From: Flavobacteriales bacterium
GTDB lineage: Bacteria; Bacteroidota; Bacteroidia; Flavobacteriales_D; CALLUQ01
NCBI GenBank assembly: GCA_963669295.1
Contig: OY769938.1
Span: 2,286,394 to 2,350,393, forward strand
DNA: 64,000 bases
Reading direction: 5' to 3'
Position numbers and translations under genes: made by a program. This document shows, piece after piece, positions 1-8,617 of the stretch; position 1 is the first letter of the stretch, and each line of letters begins with the position of its first letter. Under the pieces are notes generated by a model. That model made no database searches. It was not told where the DNA came from and was given only the letters and a program-made list of their open reading frames with translations.

Positions 1-136
1 TAAAAAGGTTTCATAGTTAATTTTTAGTCTTGGGAAACCAAATACTGTGCCCAAAAGACACGAAATGCTAAATTAAAAAACACATTGCCGTTTACCTACT
101 TATTCTTCACCAATTTATTTTGTAGTAAAGTAAAAG

Positions 137-162
137 CAACCATTTTGTATAATTTGTATCTT
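137..162 (+). promoter_or_regulatory. possible ECF-type promoter of the sigma/anti-sigma/lipase operon
   Basis: CAACC (137-141), 16 nt, ATCTT (158-162). This is the same CAACC-N16-xTCTT layout as the better supported motif pair at 5107-5141 and 8618-8652. If real, the start codon is GTG 191 rather than TTG 161. Confidence 0.25.
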
Positions 163-736
163 GCTCCCATCGAAAAAGAGGCTGCTCAACGTGCAGGAAA
201 ACACCCATAAAATAGAGGAACAGGAGTTGGTTGCCCAACTCAAGAAGAAAGATCAAAAAGCCATTGCGCTCTTGTACGATAATTATTCAGCAGCATTGTA
301 TGGTGTTGTTTTACGGGTAGTACAAAACGAAGCGGTGGCAGAAGACACCTTACAAGAGGTGTTTGTGAAAATATGGAAAAGCATCGATAACTATGACCGA
401 AGCAAAGGACGTTTGTTTACATGGATGTTAAACATTGCTCGTAATTCGGCCATTGATGTATTGCGCTCCAAGGCCTACAAAAAGTCGGAAAAAGTCCAAA
501 GCATTGATAACACCGTATATGCTGAAAAGAATAGTGCTGTTCAGATAAACATCGATCTCATCGGCCTTCGGGAAAAAGTAGGTGCGTTAAAGCCCGACCT
601 GAAGGAGGTGATTGATTTGGTGTACTTTGGTGGTTATACCCATAAAGAAGCTGCTGAAAAGCTGGAATTACCTTTGGGAACGGTAAAAACAAGGATTAAA
701 ATAGCCATTCGTGAATTAAGAAATTTGATGGAATAG
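161..736 (+). CDS. ECF-family RNA polymerase sigma-70 factor
   Basis: Region 2 and region 4 signatures (LYDNYSAALYGVVLRVV; DLVYFGGYTHKEAAEKLELPLGTVKTRIKIAIRELR). No ATG near the 5' end; start is TTG 161 or in-frame GTG 191. The stop overlaps the next start (TAGTG at 734-738). Confidence 0.9.
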   Translation: MLPSKKRLLNVQENTHKIEEQELVAQLKKKDQKAIALLYDNYSAALYGVVLRVVQNEAVAEDTLQEVFVKIWKSIDNYDRSKGRLFTWMLNIARNSAIDVLRSKAYKKSEKVQSIDNTVYAEKNSAVQINIDLIGLREKVGALKPDLKEVIDLVYFGGYTHKEAAEKLELPLGTVKTRIKIAIRELRNLME

Positions 737-1545
737 TGGATATACAAGCCTACATAGCATCAGGGGTCTTAGAAGATTATGCACTGGGAATGCTTACTGC
801 CGAAGAAAGAGCAGCGGTAGAAGCGCATGCTGCACAGCATCCCGAAATTAAGGCCGAACTGGAAGCCATTGAATTGACCATGGAAAATTATGCCATGGCA
901 CATCAGGCAATTCCTTCCGACAAGGTAAAAACACAACTGCTGGCGCAAATTGGTGCAGAAGAAGACACTGCTAAGGTCATACCCATTCAACCAACAGTTG
1001 AAGCCATAAAGCCGGGAGGGTTCTCAAAATGGATTGCAGCAGCAGCGGTATTGGCCTTTGTGCTCAGTATAGGCTACAACGTGATGCAAAGCAACCGCAT
1101 GGAGGCCATGCAACAAGAGCTGGCCGACCTTAATACCCAGCAAAATGTATTGCTGGGAGAATTAGGGCTCATGCGCGATAACTATGCAAAAGTAAAGGGC
1201 GATCTGGAGAAAATGCTGAGTCCGGAAGTAAAGCCGGTAATGCTGAGTGGAGAAGCGCACCATAAATGCTCTAAAGCACTGGTATATTGGAACACTGAAA
1301 CCAAGGAAACCTATCTCAATGTAGAAATGCTGCCCGAACCACCCGAAAACATGCAATACCAACTATGGGCTTTTGTAGATGGGGAACCGGTTGACATGGG
1401 CGTATTCAGCTTCAATCCTAATCAACCCGAAATACACCCCATGAAACACATTGAAGGGGTAACAGCCTTTGCGGTTACATTAGAGCAAATGGGAGGAAGC
1501 ACCCACCCCGACATGGACCAAATGTATGTGAAGGGAAGTGTTTAG
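736..1545 (+). CDS. anti-sigma factor (RskA-like C-terminal domain)
   Basis: 1-nt stop/start overlap with the sigma gene. N-terminal anti-sigma helix (LEDYALGMLTAEERAAVEAH), one central TM segment, C-terminal YQLWAFVDGEPVDMGVF typical of anti-sigma-K/RskA domains. Confidence 0.8.
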   Translation: MDIQAYIASGVLEDYALGMLTAEERAAVEAHAAQHPEIKAELEAIELTMENYAMAHQAIPSDKVKTQLLAQIGAEEDTAKVIPIQPTVEAIKPGGFSKWIAAAAVLAFVLSIGYNVMQSNRMEAMQQELADLNTQQNVLLGELGLMRDNYAKVKGDLEKMLSPEVKPVMLSGEAHHKCSKALVYWNTETKETYLNVEMLPEPPENMQYQLWAFVDGEPVDMGVFSFNPNQPEIHPMKHIEGVTAFAVTLEQMGGSTHPDMDQMYVKGSV

Positions 1546-1547
1546 CG

Positions 1548-2405
1548 ATGACAATGCCCAATCATAGCTGGGAGGCATTGTTAAAGCCAGGCACTGCAAC
1601 TCAATATTTCCAATGCCACCCACTGCCCATTTGGGAAAACACAACAGCATATACCCCCGTTAATGCATGGTGGATGGCGGAATTGTGCAGGCTGGTATAC
1701 CGGCAGGAAGCCGATGAAATAGGAAACAAAGCAATACCACCCACCCGTAACAACGTATTGCAACAAGTGGGTTGGAACGAACAAGCCTTTATTTGTACGC
1801 AGCACATACAGGCCATGGTCGTAGCACATCAATCAACCACTGCCATAGTATTTAGAGGCACCGACGAATTGCGCGACTGGCTCACCAACATCAACACACT
1901 CCCTACCAGCTGGTTGGCAGGAGGAAAAGTACACCAGGGGTTTAAAAAAGACTTTGAAACCATAGCGCAACAACTTACCCCATACATAACAACAGGCCTT
2001 TACTTTACCGGGCATAGCCTGGGAGGAGCATTGGCACAATTGGCTGCGTCTAAATGGGTGGATCAGGCTCCTGTTACCTATGCTTTTGGCAGCCCGCGTG
2101 TGGGCAATAGCGATTTTGCAGAGGTGCTCAATGCTACCACATATCGAGTAATCAACTACACCGATATGGTAACGGAGTTGCCTCCCAAAGAATGGGGGTA
2201 CGCACATGCAGGCACTTGCTACTACCTATCTAAAACAGGTGCCTTGTGGGAAAACCCTTCTGATACAGCATTAAAGGAAGACCGCGAGCAGTGGAAAGAC
2301 TTCATGCAGCACATTGCCAACATTGGTAAATGGGATACGCCCATACCACCACTGCACAACCACGCACTAATAAATTACGTAGCACGACTGGAGCAGCTGC
2401 TGTAA
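1548..2405 (+). CDS. class 3 (triacylglycerol) lipase family protein
   Basis: Nucleophile elbow GHSLGGALA with flanking IVFRGT and FGSPRVGN motifs. Lies 2 nt after the anti-sigma stop. Confidence 0.8.
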   Translation: MTMPNHSWEALLKPGTATQYFQCHPLPIWENTTAYTPVNAWWMAELCRLVYRQEADEIGNKAIPPTRNNVLQQVGWNEQAFICTQHIQAMVVAHQSTTAIVFRGTDELRDWLTNINTLPTSWLAGGKVHQGFKKDFETIAQQLTPYITTGLYFTGHSLGGALAQLAASKWVDQAPVTYAFGSPRVGNSDFAEVLNATTYRVINYTDMVTELPPKEWGYAHAGTCYYLSKTGALWENPSDTALKEDREQWKDFMQHIANIGKWDTPIPPLHNHALINYVARLEQLL

Positions 2406-2457
2406 AAAAAGTGCCCCGAAATGGAGCACCTAATGCAATAACATTGCCCATTACCAT

Positions 2458-4551
2458 TTAGTCGTTTTGCATCAGCGAAACAGTTTCTACCAACTTTACA
2501 AACTCGCTGCGATAACCCTCTATATCTTTTCCTTTAGCATGTTTAGCACGTTGGAGCAATTGCTGAAAACCCGCATTGCCCTTGTACTTAGAGTTGCGCA
2601 ACAACAGTCCAAACTCAGCCACCGAAGTGGCAAACTTAAAGTTGTTCGATACCGGATGAATTTGAGTGGTTTGCAAGCTCTTTTTTATCAACCTGCTTTT
2701 GTGGCCATTTGGTTTCTTGTAGCGAAACTTTACCGTTAAAATCTCATTGTTGTAGGTGTCGTCCAATACCGTACGTTGATATTTCAAGGGCTCTTCAGCA
2801 ACCGTTTCGTTGGTGCCTGCCGGAATAATCTCATACAATGCCGTAACGGTATGGCCTGCACCAAGCTCTCCAGCATCTTTGGTGTCGTCATTAAAGTCGC
2901 GGTTGGCCAATAGGCGGTTTTCATAGCCAATCAACCGGTAGGCCTGTACTTTAGAAGGGTTAAACTCAATTTGAATCTTTACATCTTTGGCAATGGTTAA
3001 CAAGGTGCCCCCCATCTCGGTGACCAACACTTTTTTTGCTTCCATAATATTATCGATGTACGAAAAGTTACCATTGCCATTGTCGGCAATCTTTTCCATT
3101 TTGGCATCCTGGTAATTGCCCGTACCAAAGCCCAACACCGATAAAAACACCCCTTTGTTGCGCTTTTCTTCAATCAACTTTACCAACCCATCATCGTCCG
3201 AAAGCCCTACATTAAAATCACCATCGGTAGCTAAAATCACCCGGTTGTTGCCTTTTTTCATGAAATGCTTTTCCGCCATCTTATAGGCCAGTTCAATGCC
3301 TTCTCCACCAGCAGTAGAGCCCCCTGCATTCAGGTTGTTCAAGGCATCCAAAATGTTGTCTTTATGGGCTCCCGAGGTAGGAGGCAGCACCACACCCGCA
3401 GCACCGGCATACACCACAATAGATACCCGATCTTCTTCACGCAACTCTTTCACCAATAGTTTAAAGGCCGACTTTAACAATGGCAACTTGTCAGCGTCTT
3501 CCATAGAGCCCGATACATCGAGCAAAAACACCAGGTTGTTGGCAGGCAACTCTTCCGCTTCCACCTTTTCACCCTGCAGTCCAATCATCACCATTTGGTG
3601 TTTGGCATTCCAGGGACATTGCCCGTATTCGGTAGTGATGGAAAAAGGATGTGGCCCTTCGGGTTGAGGATAATTGTAATTGAAGTAATTGATCATTTCT
3701 TCAATCTTTACCGCATCAGGAGGGGGCAGCATACCATCGTTAATGAATCGTCGCATATTGCTGTATGCTGCACCATCCACATCAATAGAAAAGGTAGACA
3801 CCGGCTCAGTAGTGGCAGTAATAAAATCGTTTTCAACAATAGGGGCATACGTTTCGGTGTTGACCCGCTCAAATCCACCTTGTGTGGGTTGGTCATAGCC
3901 CCAACCATCTTTATTTTTCTCATCGTCAATAACCACGGTGTAAGTGCCATTACTTAGCCCTTGTTCTGTTCTGCCCATGGTAAAAGTTCCGCCCTCTACC
4001 AATTGCAACTCGCCATTGTTATGGTAGTACACCTTCCCGTCTTTATCGGAGCCAGGCGACTCACCCCCTTCTGGCCCCCAATGATAGGTATAGGGTGGCG
4101 TACCCCCGGGGGCATTAATAATAGTGCCATCTGCAACCCTATAGTTGGCATTCTCCTTTTGAGAAAGCGGTTGCTGATTTTGTGCTACAGATGGTTCAGT
4201 AACTGGATTATGAATGAGCTCCGTGCTGGTTTCTTGCTCTTCTATTGTAGCGGGGTTAAGGTTGTGTTGAAAAGAATAGGCATCCGTTGAGTCGGCCCTC
4301 AAAGAGTCGGGAATGGCATTTACAGCCAGTTGGTTTTCGTTCGATTGGCCGGGCCCTAAGAGTATATTTACCACATAACCAATGCCCAACAAAAGGGTAA
4401 TGGCAGCAGCAATTTTTAGGTAAAAACCAACACGTCGTTTTTTTTCAGGCTGTAACGTTTGTTCAATATTGGCCCAAACATGGTCGCCCGGAACGTCGAG
4501 GTCCATGCTATTACGATGTATTTCTATATATTGATTAAGATCGAATTTCAT
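2458..4551 (-). CDS. anti-sigma-like membrane protein fused to vWA (YfbK-type) domain
   Basis: Chosen start is ATG 4551 (MKFDLNQY...), which overlaps the stop of the upstream ECF sigma by 17 nt. One TM (FYLKIAAAITLLLGIGYVV). vWA MIDAS motif LLDVSGSM. YRLIGYENR...DAGELGAGHTVTALYE is typical of the YfbK/DUF3520 C-terminus. Confidence 0.8.
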   Translation of the reverse strand: MKFDLNQYIEIHRNSMDLDVPGDHVWANIEQTLQPEKKRRVGFYLKIAAAITLLLGIGYVVNILLGPGQSNENQLAVNAIPDSLRADSTDAYSFQHNLNPATIEEQETSTELIHNPVTEPSVAQNQQPLSQKENANYRVADGTIINAPGGTPPYTYHWGPEGGESPGSDKDGKVYYHNNGELQLVEGGTFTMGRTEQGLSNGTYTVVIDDEKNKDGWGYDQPTQGGFERVNTETYAPIVENDFITATTEPVSTFSIDVDGAAYSNMRRFINDGMLPPPDAVKIEEMINYFNYNYPQPEGPHPFSITTEYGQCPWNAKHQMVMIGLQGEKVEAEELPANNLVFLLDVSGSMEDADKLPLLKSAFKLLVKELREEDRVSIVVYAGAAGVVLPPTSGAHKDNILDALNNLNAGGSTAGGEGIELAYKMAEKHFMKKGNNRVILATDGDFNVGLSDDDGLVKLIEEKRNKGVFLSVLGFGTGNYQDAKMEKIADNGNGNFSYIDNIMEAKKVLVTEMGGTLLTIAKDVKIQIEFNPSKVQAYRLIGYENRLLANRDFNDDTKDAGELGAGHTVTALYEIIPAGTNETVAEEPLKYQRTVLDDTYNNEILTVKFRYKKPNGHKSRLIKKSLQTTQIHPVSNNFKFATSVAEFGLLLRNSKYKGNAGFQQLLQRAKHAKGKDIEGYRSEFVKLVETVSLMQND

Positions 4552-5092
4552 GATGTTTCTTTTTGAGTAGGGAAACTCGTAGCAACTTTTTAGCGCGATT
4601 GTGCTGCGACTTTGAAGTGGAGACACTTACATTCAAAATCGAGGCAATCTCCTGGTGGCTATACCCCTCAAGGCTGTATAGCGTAAAAATAGTTCGACAC
4701 CCTGTTGGGAGAGCTTTAATAGCATGGTGCACCATTTCCGGACTGATACTGCCTTCTTCTGGTTCTTCCTCTGCTTCAGAGGGAATACCGTTGAGGGCTA
4801 CAAAATCAAGCTGCTTTTGTTTGTTCAATAGGGTAATGCATTTGTTAACAACAATGCGCTTTAACCAGGCACCAAACGAAGATTTTTCCTCGTACTTATG
4901 CAAGTTGCGAAAGGCACTGATAAACGATTCCTGCAACACATCCTCCGCATCAGAAGTGGTGTTCATCATCCGTGTACAGATGTTGAACATCGCTGTTGAA
5001 TACAAACGATACAACTCGAACTGCGCCTTGGTGTCGCCACCTTTACACCGTTCAACAAGGTCCTTGTGAATATGTGCTACGTTGTCTCCCAA
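4535..5092 (-). CDS. ECF-family RNA polymerase sigma-70 factor
   Basis: FELYRLYSTAMFNICTRMM (region 2) and LYSLEGYSHQEIASILNVSVSTSKSQHNRAKKLL (region 4 HTH). Apparent TTG start at 5092. Confidence 0.88.
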   Translation of the reverse strand: MGDNVAHIHKDLVERCKGGDTKAQFELYRLYSTAMFNICTRMMNTTSDAEDVLQESFISAFRNLHKYEEKSSFGAWLKRIVVNKCITLLNKQKQLDFVALNGIPSEAEEEPEEGSISPEMVHHAIKALPTGCRTIFTLYSLEGYSHQEIASILNVSVSTSKSQHNRAKKLLRVSLLKKKHHEIRS

Positions 5093-5106
5093 AATGTGAA
5101 TACTAC

Positions 5107-5141
5107 CCTAAAGACTCATCAATTTTAAAAAGGTTGGAATT
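5107..5141 (-). promoter_or_regulatory. ECF-type promoter candidate (autoregulatory), copy A of a shared 35-bp motif
   Basis: The minus strand reads AATTCCAACCTTTTTAAAATTGATGAGTCTTTAGG and ends 14 nt upstream of the sigma start codon. AAC-N17-GTCT spacing. 31/35 identical to 8618-8652. Confidence 0.5.
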
Positions 5142-5228
5142 CGAGGCAACTTTTTTTTGAGCCCTTATTTAACCCTTCCTAAGTTACTACATCTTAATTT
5201 GTATATTCGTAATTGAACCAGGTCGCTC

Positions 5229-6218
5229 ATGGGTAAGCAACGACGCAAGAAAATCCAATGCCTTAATTGTGGGACAAAGTTGAATGAAACGGTCAACTTT
5301 TGTTCTAATTGTGGGCAGGAAAACCACGATAGAAAAGTGCCGCTGAAATTTTTGTTGGGCGACTTTGCACGCGATTACTTTACCTTCGATTCCAAGTTCT
5401 TTCGCAGCATTGTGCCGTTGTTAATTAAACCAGGGTACCTTACTCGCAAATTTAATGAAGGCAAACGCACCGATTACATCCTGCCCATCAGGATGTATAT
5501 CTTCATTAGCATTGTGTACTTTTTTGCATTGTCGCTTGACAGCCGGGAAACCAGTAGCACCAACTCTTCTGATTTAAACATGTTTTCGTTAAGTGCGGGG
5601 GTGCCAGATGTTGGGGCAACTGAAGTTGATACTACTGAAGTAGTGCCCGACACGACGGCTTCCGATCTAAGCTTATCGCTAGATCAGGATGGAAAAGTAA
5701 CAGGAGAAGGCATGGAGCAGATTATAGCACTGGTAGACGAAATTGGGTTTGAAGCGGCCCTCGATTCGATAGGCCTGGAGCAGGGGTCGTTCGACCGATT
5801 CCTGATTGGGCAAATGATAAAAATATCGTTGGGGCAAACCAACATGACTCAAATGTTGCGCAAAAACATTTCTATTATGATGTTTTTTCTCATGCCTTTT
5901 TTTGCGCTGCTGCTCAAATGGATGTTCCGAAAAAATAAACGCTACTACATCGAACACCTCATCTTTGCCTTTCACTTCCATTCATTTGTGTTTTTATTCA
6001 GCACCATCTTCATTCTGTTTAGCCTCTACATCTACGATTTGCCAGGTATTATCTTAGTAGTTGTTGTATTGGGGTACTTGTACATTGCCTTACATAATGT
6101 ATACCAACGCAAAGCATTGGCCACCATCTACAAATACTTGTTGCTTAATATTACCTACCTAATTTCCATTACCCTCGCCATGTTAATTACAGTATTCATT
6201 ACGCTATCGATGGTTTAG
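5229..6218 (+). CDS. zinc-ribbon membrane protein (DUF3667-like), paralog 1
   Basis: N-terminal CLNCGTKLNETVNFCSNCGQEN zinc ribbon, conserved DYFTFDSKFFRS block, several C-terminal TM helices. Confidence 0.65.
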   Translation: MGKQRRKKIQCLNCGTKLNETVNFCSNCGQENHDRKVPLKFLLGDFARDYFTFDSKFFRSIVPLLIKPGYLTRKFNEGKRTDYILPIRMYIFISIVYFFALSLDSRETSSTNSSDLNMFSLSAGVPDVGATEVDTTEVVPDTTASDLSLSLDQDGKVTGEGMEQIIALVDEIGFEAALDSIGLEQGSFDRFLIGQMIKISLGQTNMTQMLRKNISIMMFFLMPFFALLLKWMFRKNKRYYIEHLIFAFHFHSFVFLFSTIFILFSLYIYDLPGIILVVVVLGYLYIALHNVYQRKALATIYKYLLLNITYLISITLAMLITVFITLSMV

Positions 6219-6219
6219 T

Positions 6220-7131
6220 ATGGCAAAGGATCGGAGGAAGAAAGAAACATGCCCCAATTGTAAGGAAACAATAGGAGCAGCTAACTTTTGCTCCAATTGC
6301 GGGCAGGAGAATACCAGTAAACGTGCATCGTTAAAGTACATTTTCAACGACTTCTTAGGCGATTACTTTACGTTCGACTCCAAACTGTTGAGCAGCATTG
6401 TTCCGCTAATCGTTAAACCTGGATTTTTAACCCTTGAATTCATTAATGAGCGCAGGGCCAGATACATTCCACCGTTGCGCATGTACTTGTTCATCAGCAT
6501 CGTATATTTCTTTGTCACCTCCTTTCCGCACCAGGTACCGGAGCCATTAACCCCAGAACAGTGGGGAGAGCAAGTCATCACTTTTGAACGGGTAGATGTA
6601 GCGCAAACGGCTGTTACTACTACCTTTCAAGAGGTATCTGAAGGAGTTGATAGCCTGGGGGTAGATGGTTACATTCAATCGTTAGACATCAAAAATGGAC
6701 TGGCGGTTTTTATTGCCAAAGCACAAATCAAAGGCATTCAAGAAGACAATAGCATTGACGATCGTGTGCAAAAAGGTTTCTCGCTCATGATGTTCCTACT
6801 CATGCCCTTCTTTGGATGGGTGCTCAAATGGTTTTACGGACGTAAATTCAATTACTACATCGATCACCTGGTGTTTTCTTTCCACTTTCACTCCTTCTTA
6901 TTTTTGTTCAGCAGCGTGTATTGGTTAGCAGCATTGTTTACGGTCGATTTTTACGACAAATACATTGTATTAGCTGTAGCGGCTATTTATTTGTTCATCG
7001 CTATGCTGAAAGCTTATGGAGAAAGCGTTGGCCGAACAGTGTGGAAATTTTTGCTGGTATCGCTCATTTACATGCTGATCTTCATTATGACTTTTGCCAC
7101 TACATTAATTATTTCAATTGCAACCTATTAG
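6220..7131 (+). CDS. zinc-ribbon membrane protein (DUF3667-like), paralog 2
   Basis: CPNCKETIGAANFCSNCGQEN, DYFTFDSKLLSS, IDHLVFSFHFHSF. Colinear with the preceding gene, 1 nt after its stop. Confidence 0.65.
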   Translation: MAKDRRKKETCPNCKETIGAANFCSNCGQENTSKRASLKYIFNDFLGDYFTFDSKLLSSIVPLIVKPGFLTLEFINERRARYIPPLRMYLFISIVYFFVTSFPHQVPEPLTPEQWGEQVITFERVDVAQTAVTTTFQEVSEGVDSLGVDGYIQSLDIKNGLAVFIAKAQIKGIQEDNSIDDRVQKGFSLMMFLLMPFFGWVLKWFYGRKFNYYIDHLVFSFHFHSFLFLFSSVYWLAALFTVDFYDKYIVLAVAAIYLFIAMLKAYGESVGRTVWKFLLVSLIYMLIFIMTFATTLIISIATY

Positions 7132-7134
7132 CAC

Positions 7135-8196
7135 ATGGAGAAAGACTTTTTAATTGTTGGGCAAGGATTGGCAGGAACGGTGCTTGCGTACCTGTTAACA
7201 AAAGCAGGGAAACGGGTAATGGTGGTAGATAATGCACACAAGCAAGCAGCATCTAAAATTGCCGCAGGCCTTTATAATCCAGTAGTATTTAGAAGGTTAG
7301 GAAAAACGTGGAAAGCAGATGCGCTCATCCCCTTTGCAGAACAATTTTATCAAATATTCCAACAAGAATTAGGGGTAGAAATTCTTTCCTCTAACGAAAT
7401 TGTGCGATTGTTTTCTAGCATAGAAGAGCAAAACAATTGGATGGCCAAAAGCGCTTCCGAATCCTTCAATCATTTCATTACTGATAAAGAATATGAAGGG
7501 GTGAAAACCAATGGGCTGTACAACGAGCACGGACATGGTGTGGTAACCGGAGCAGGAAGAGTGCGCATTGGCAGGATGGTGAAAAAATACCGGGAACAGT
7601 TAAACAAGCAAATGCAATTAGCAGAAGAACCGTTTGAATTTGATGCATTGGAGTTGGAAGAAGATAGTGCCATATACAAAGGAATGAAAGTAAAGAAGGT
7701 TGTTTTTTGTGAAGGAGCTCAGGCGGCAAAAAACCCCTATTTCAACTGGCTGCCATGGAACCTGGCCAAAGGAGAAGTACTCAAAGTTCGTATGCCTAAC
7801 CTTGAATTAAACAAGGTCATCAACAAAGGGTTTTTTATTCTCCCATTAGAAGATGACGAATATAAAATTGGATCCACCTTTAGCTGGAAAGACCTTAGCA
7901 ACAAACCTACAGAAGCGGCAAAAGAAGAATTGCTACAGAAGTTAAGAGGAGTAATAGATGTACCAGTAGAAGTATTGAAACAGCAAGCTGGGGTACGCCC
8001 TACCGTAAGCGACCGTCGACCCTACCTGGGTTTACACCCCAAACACCCTGCATTAGCCATATTTAACGGATTGGGAACAAAGGGTGTGATTCTAGCTCCC
8101 TACTTTGCTAACCAAATGATGGATTTTCTTGTTTCGGGCACGAAAATTGATGATGAGGTAAACATTAACCGACACCTTGATCGCTTTAACCAATAA
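7135..8196 (+). CDS. FAD-dependent oxidoreductase (DAO family-like)
   Basis: N-terminal Rossmann dinucleotide motif FLIVGQGLAGTVLAYLL...VVD. Length 353 aa. Confidence 0.7.
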   Translation: MEKDFLIVGQGLAGTVLAYLLTKAGKRVMVVDNAHKQAASKIAAGLYNPVVFRRLGKTWKADALIPFAEQFYQIFQQELGVEILSSNEIVRLFSSIEEQNNWMAKSASESFNHFITDKEYEGVKTNGLYNEHGHGVVTGAGRVRIGRMVKKYREQLNKQMQLAEEPFEFDALELEEDSAIYKGMKVKKVVFCEGAQAAKNPYFNWLPWNLAKGEVLKVRMPNLELNKVINKGFFILPLEDDEYKIGSTFSWKDLSNKPTEAAKEELLQKLRGVIDVPVEVLKQQAGVRPTVSDRRPYLGLHPKHPALAIFNGLGTKGVILAPYFANQMMDFLVSGTKIDDEVNINRHLDRFNQ

Positions 8197-8224
8197 GACG
8201 GGAAGGGGCGCATTTAATCAATAT

Positions 8225-8572
8225 ATGAAGCAACAATTCTACGCACTTTTTAGCTTGTTCATGTTATGCTTACTGGCCACTACAACACAAGCACAATCCA
8301 TCTACCCGGTAAAATATCAATCGCAAGCAGATGTAAAAGTATATGTTGTAAAGTACGAGTCGCAATGCGACTTGAAAGTGTATATGGTCAATTATGAATC
8401 GCAGGCATCAGGGAACGATGGCAACTGGTTTACAGTGAAGTACGAATCACAAGCCGATAAAACAGTATTCTTTGTCGACTACGAATCGCAAGCAGATTTA
8501 AAGATCTTTTATGTCGATTATCAATCGCAAGCAGGTTGGCGTAACACCTCGAAAAAACACTTGATGTACTGA
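8225..8572 (+). CDS. small secreted protein with six tandem 13-aa YESQAD repeats
   Basis: Start moved to ATG 8225 (signal peptide MKQQFYALFSLFMLCLLATTTQAQS). Repeats are VKYQSQADVKVYV / VKYESQCDLKVYM / VNYESQAS... / VKYESQADKTVFF / VDYESQADLKIFY / VDYQSQAG. Confidence 0.6.
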   Translation: MKQQFYALFSLFMLCLLATTTQAQSIYPVKYQSQADVKVYVVKYESQCDLKVYMVNYESQASGNDGNWFTVKYESQADKTVFFVDYESQADLKIFYVDYQSQAGWRNTSKKHLMY

Positions 8573-8617
8573 CCCAACAATTGTTCGCTAGCTACTCAAC
8601 ACACAAAATCAGCTAAC

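Noticed and set aside
145-5205. TAATTTGTAT at about 147-156 and about 5196-5205, considered as canonical Bacteroidota -7 boxes.
   Set aside because: Both are one nucleotide short of the TAnnTTTG consensus (TAnTTTG). I kept them out of the feature list; only exact matches (15030, 24453, 28556) are reported, and those with low confidence.
8300-8540. A periodic 39-bp DNA repeat (tacgaatcgcaagcagat-like), checked as a possible CRISPR or satellite array.
   Set aside because: The period equals 13 codons of an open reading frame with a signal peptide. The repeats are imperfect at third positions, there are no unique spacers, and no cas genes are nearby. No CRISPR array was seen anywhere in the window.
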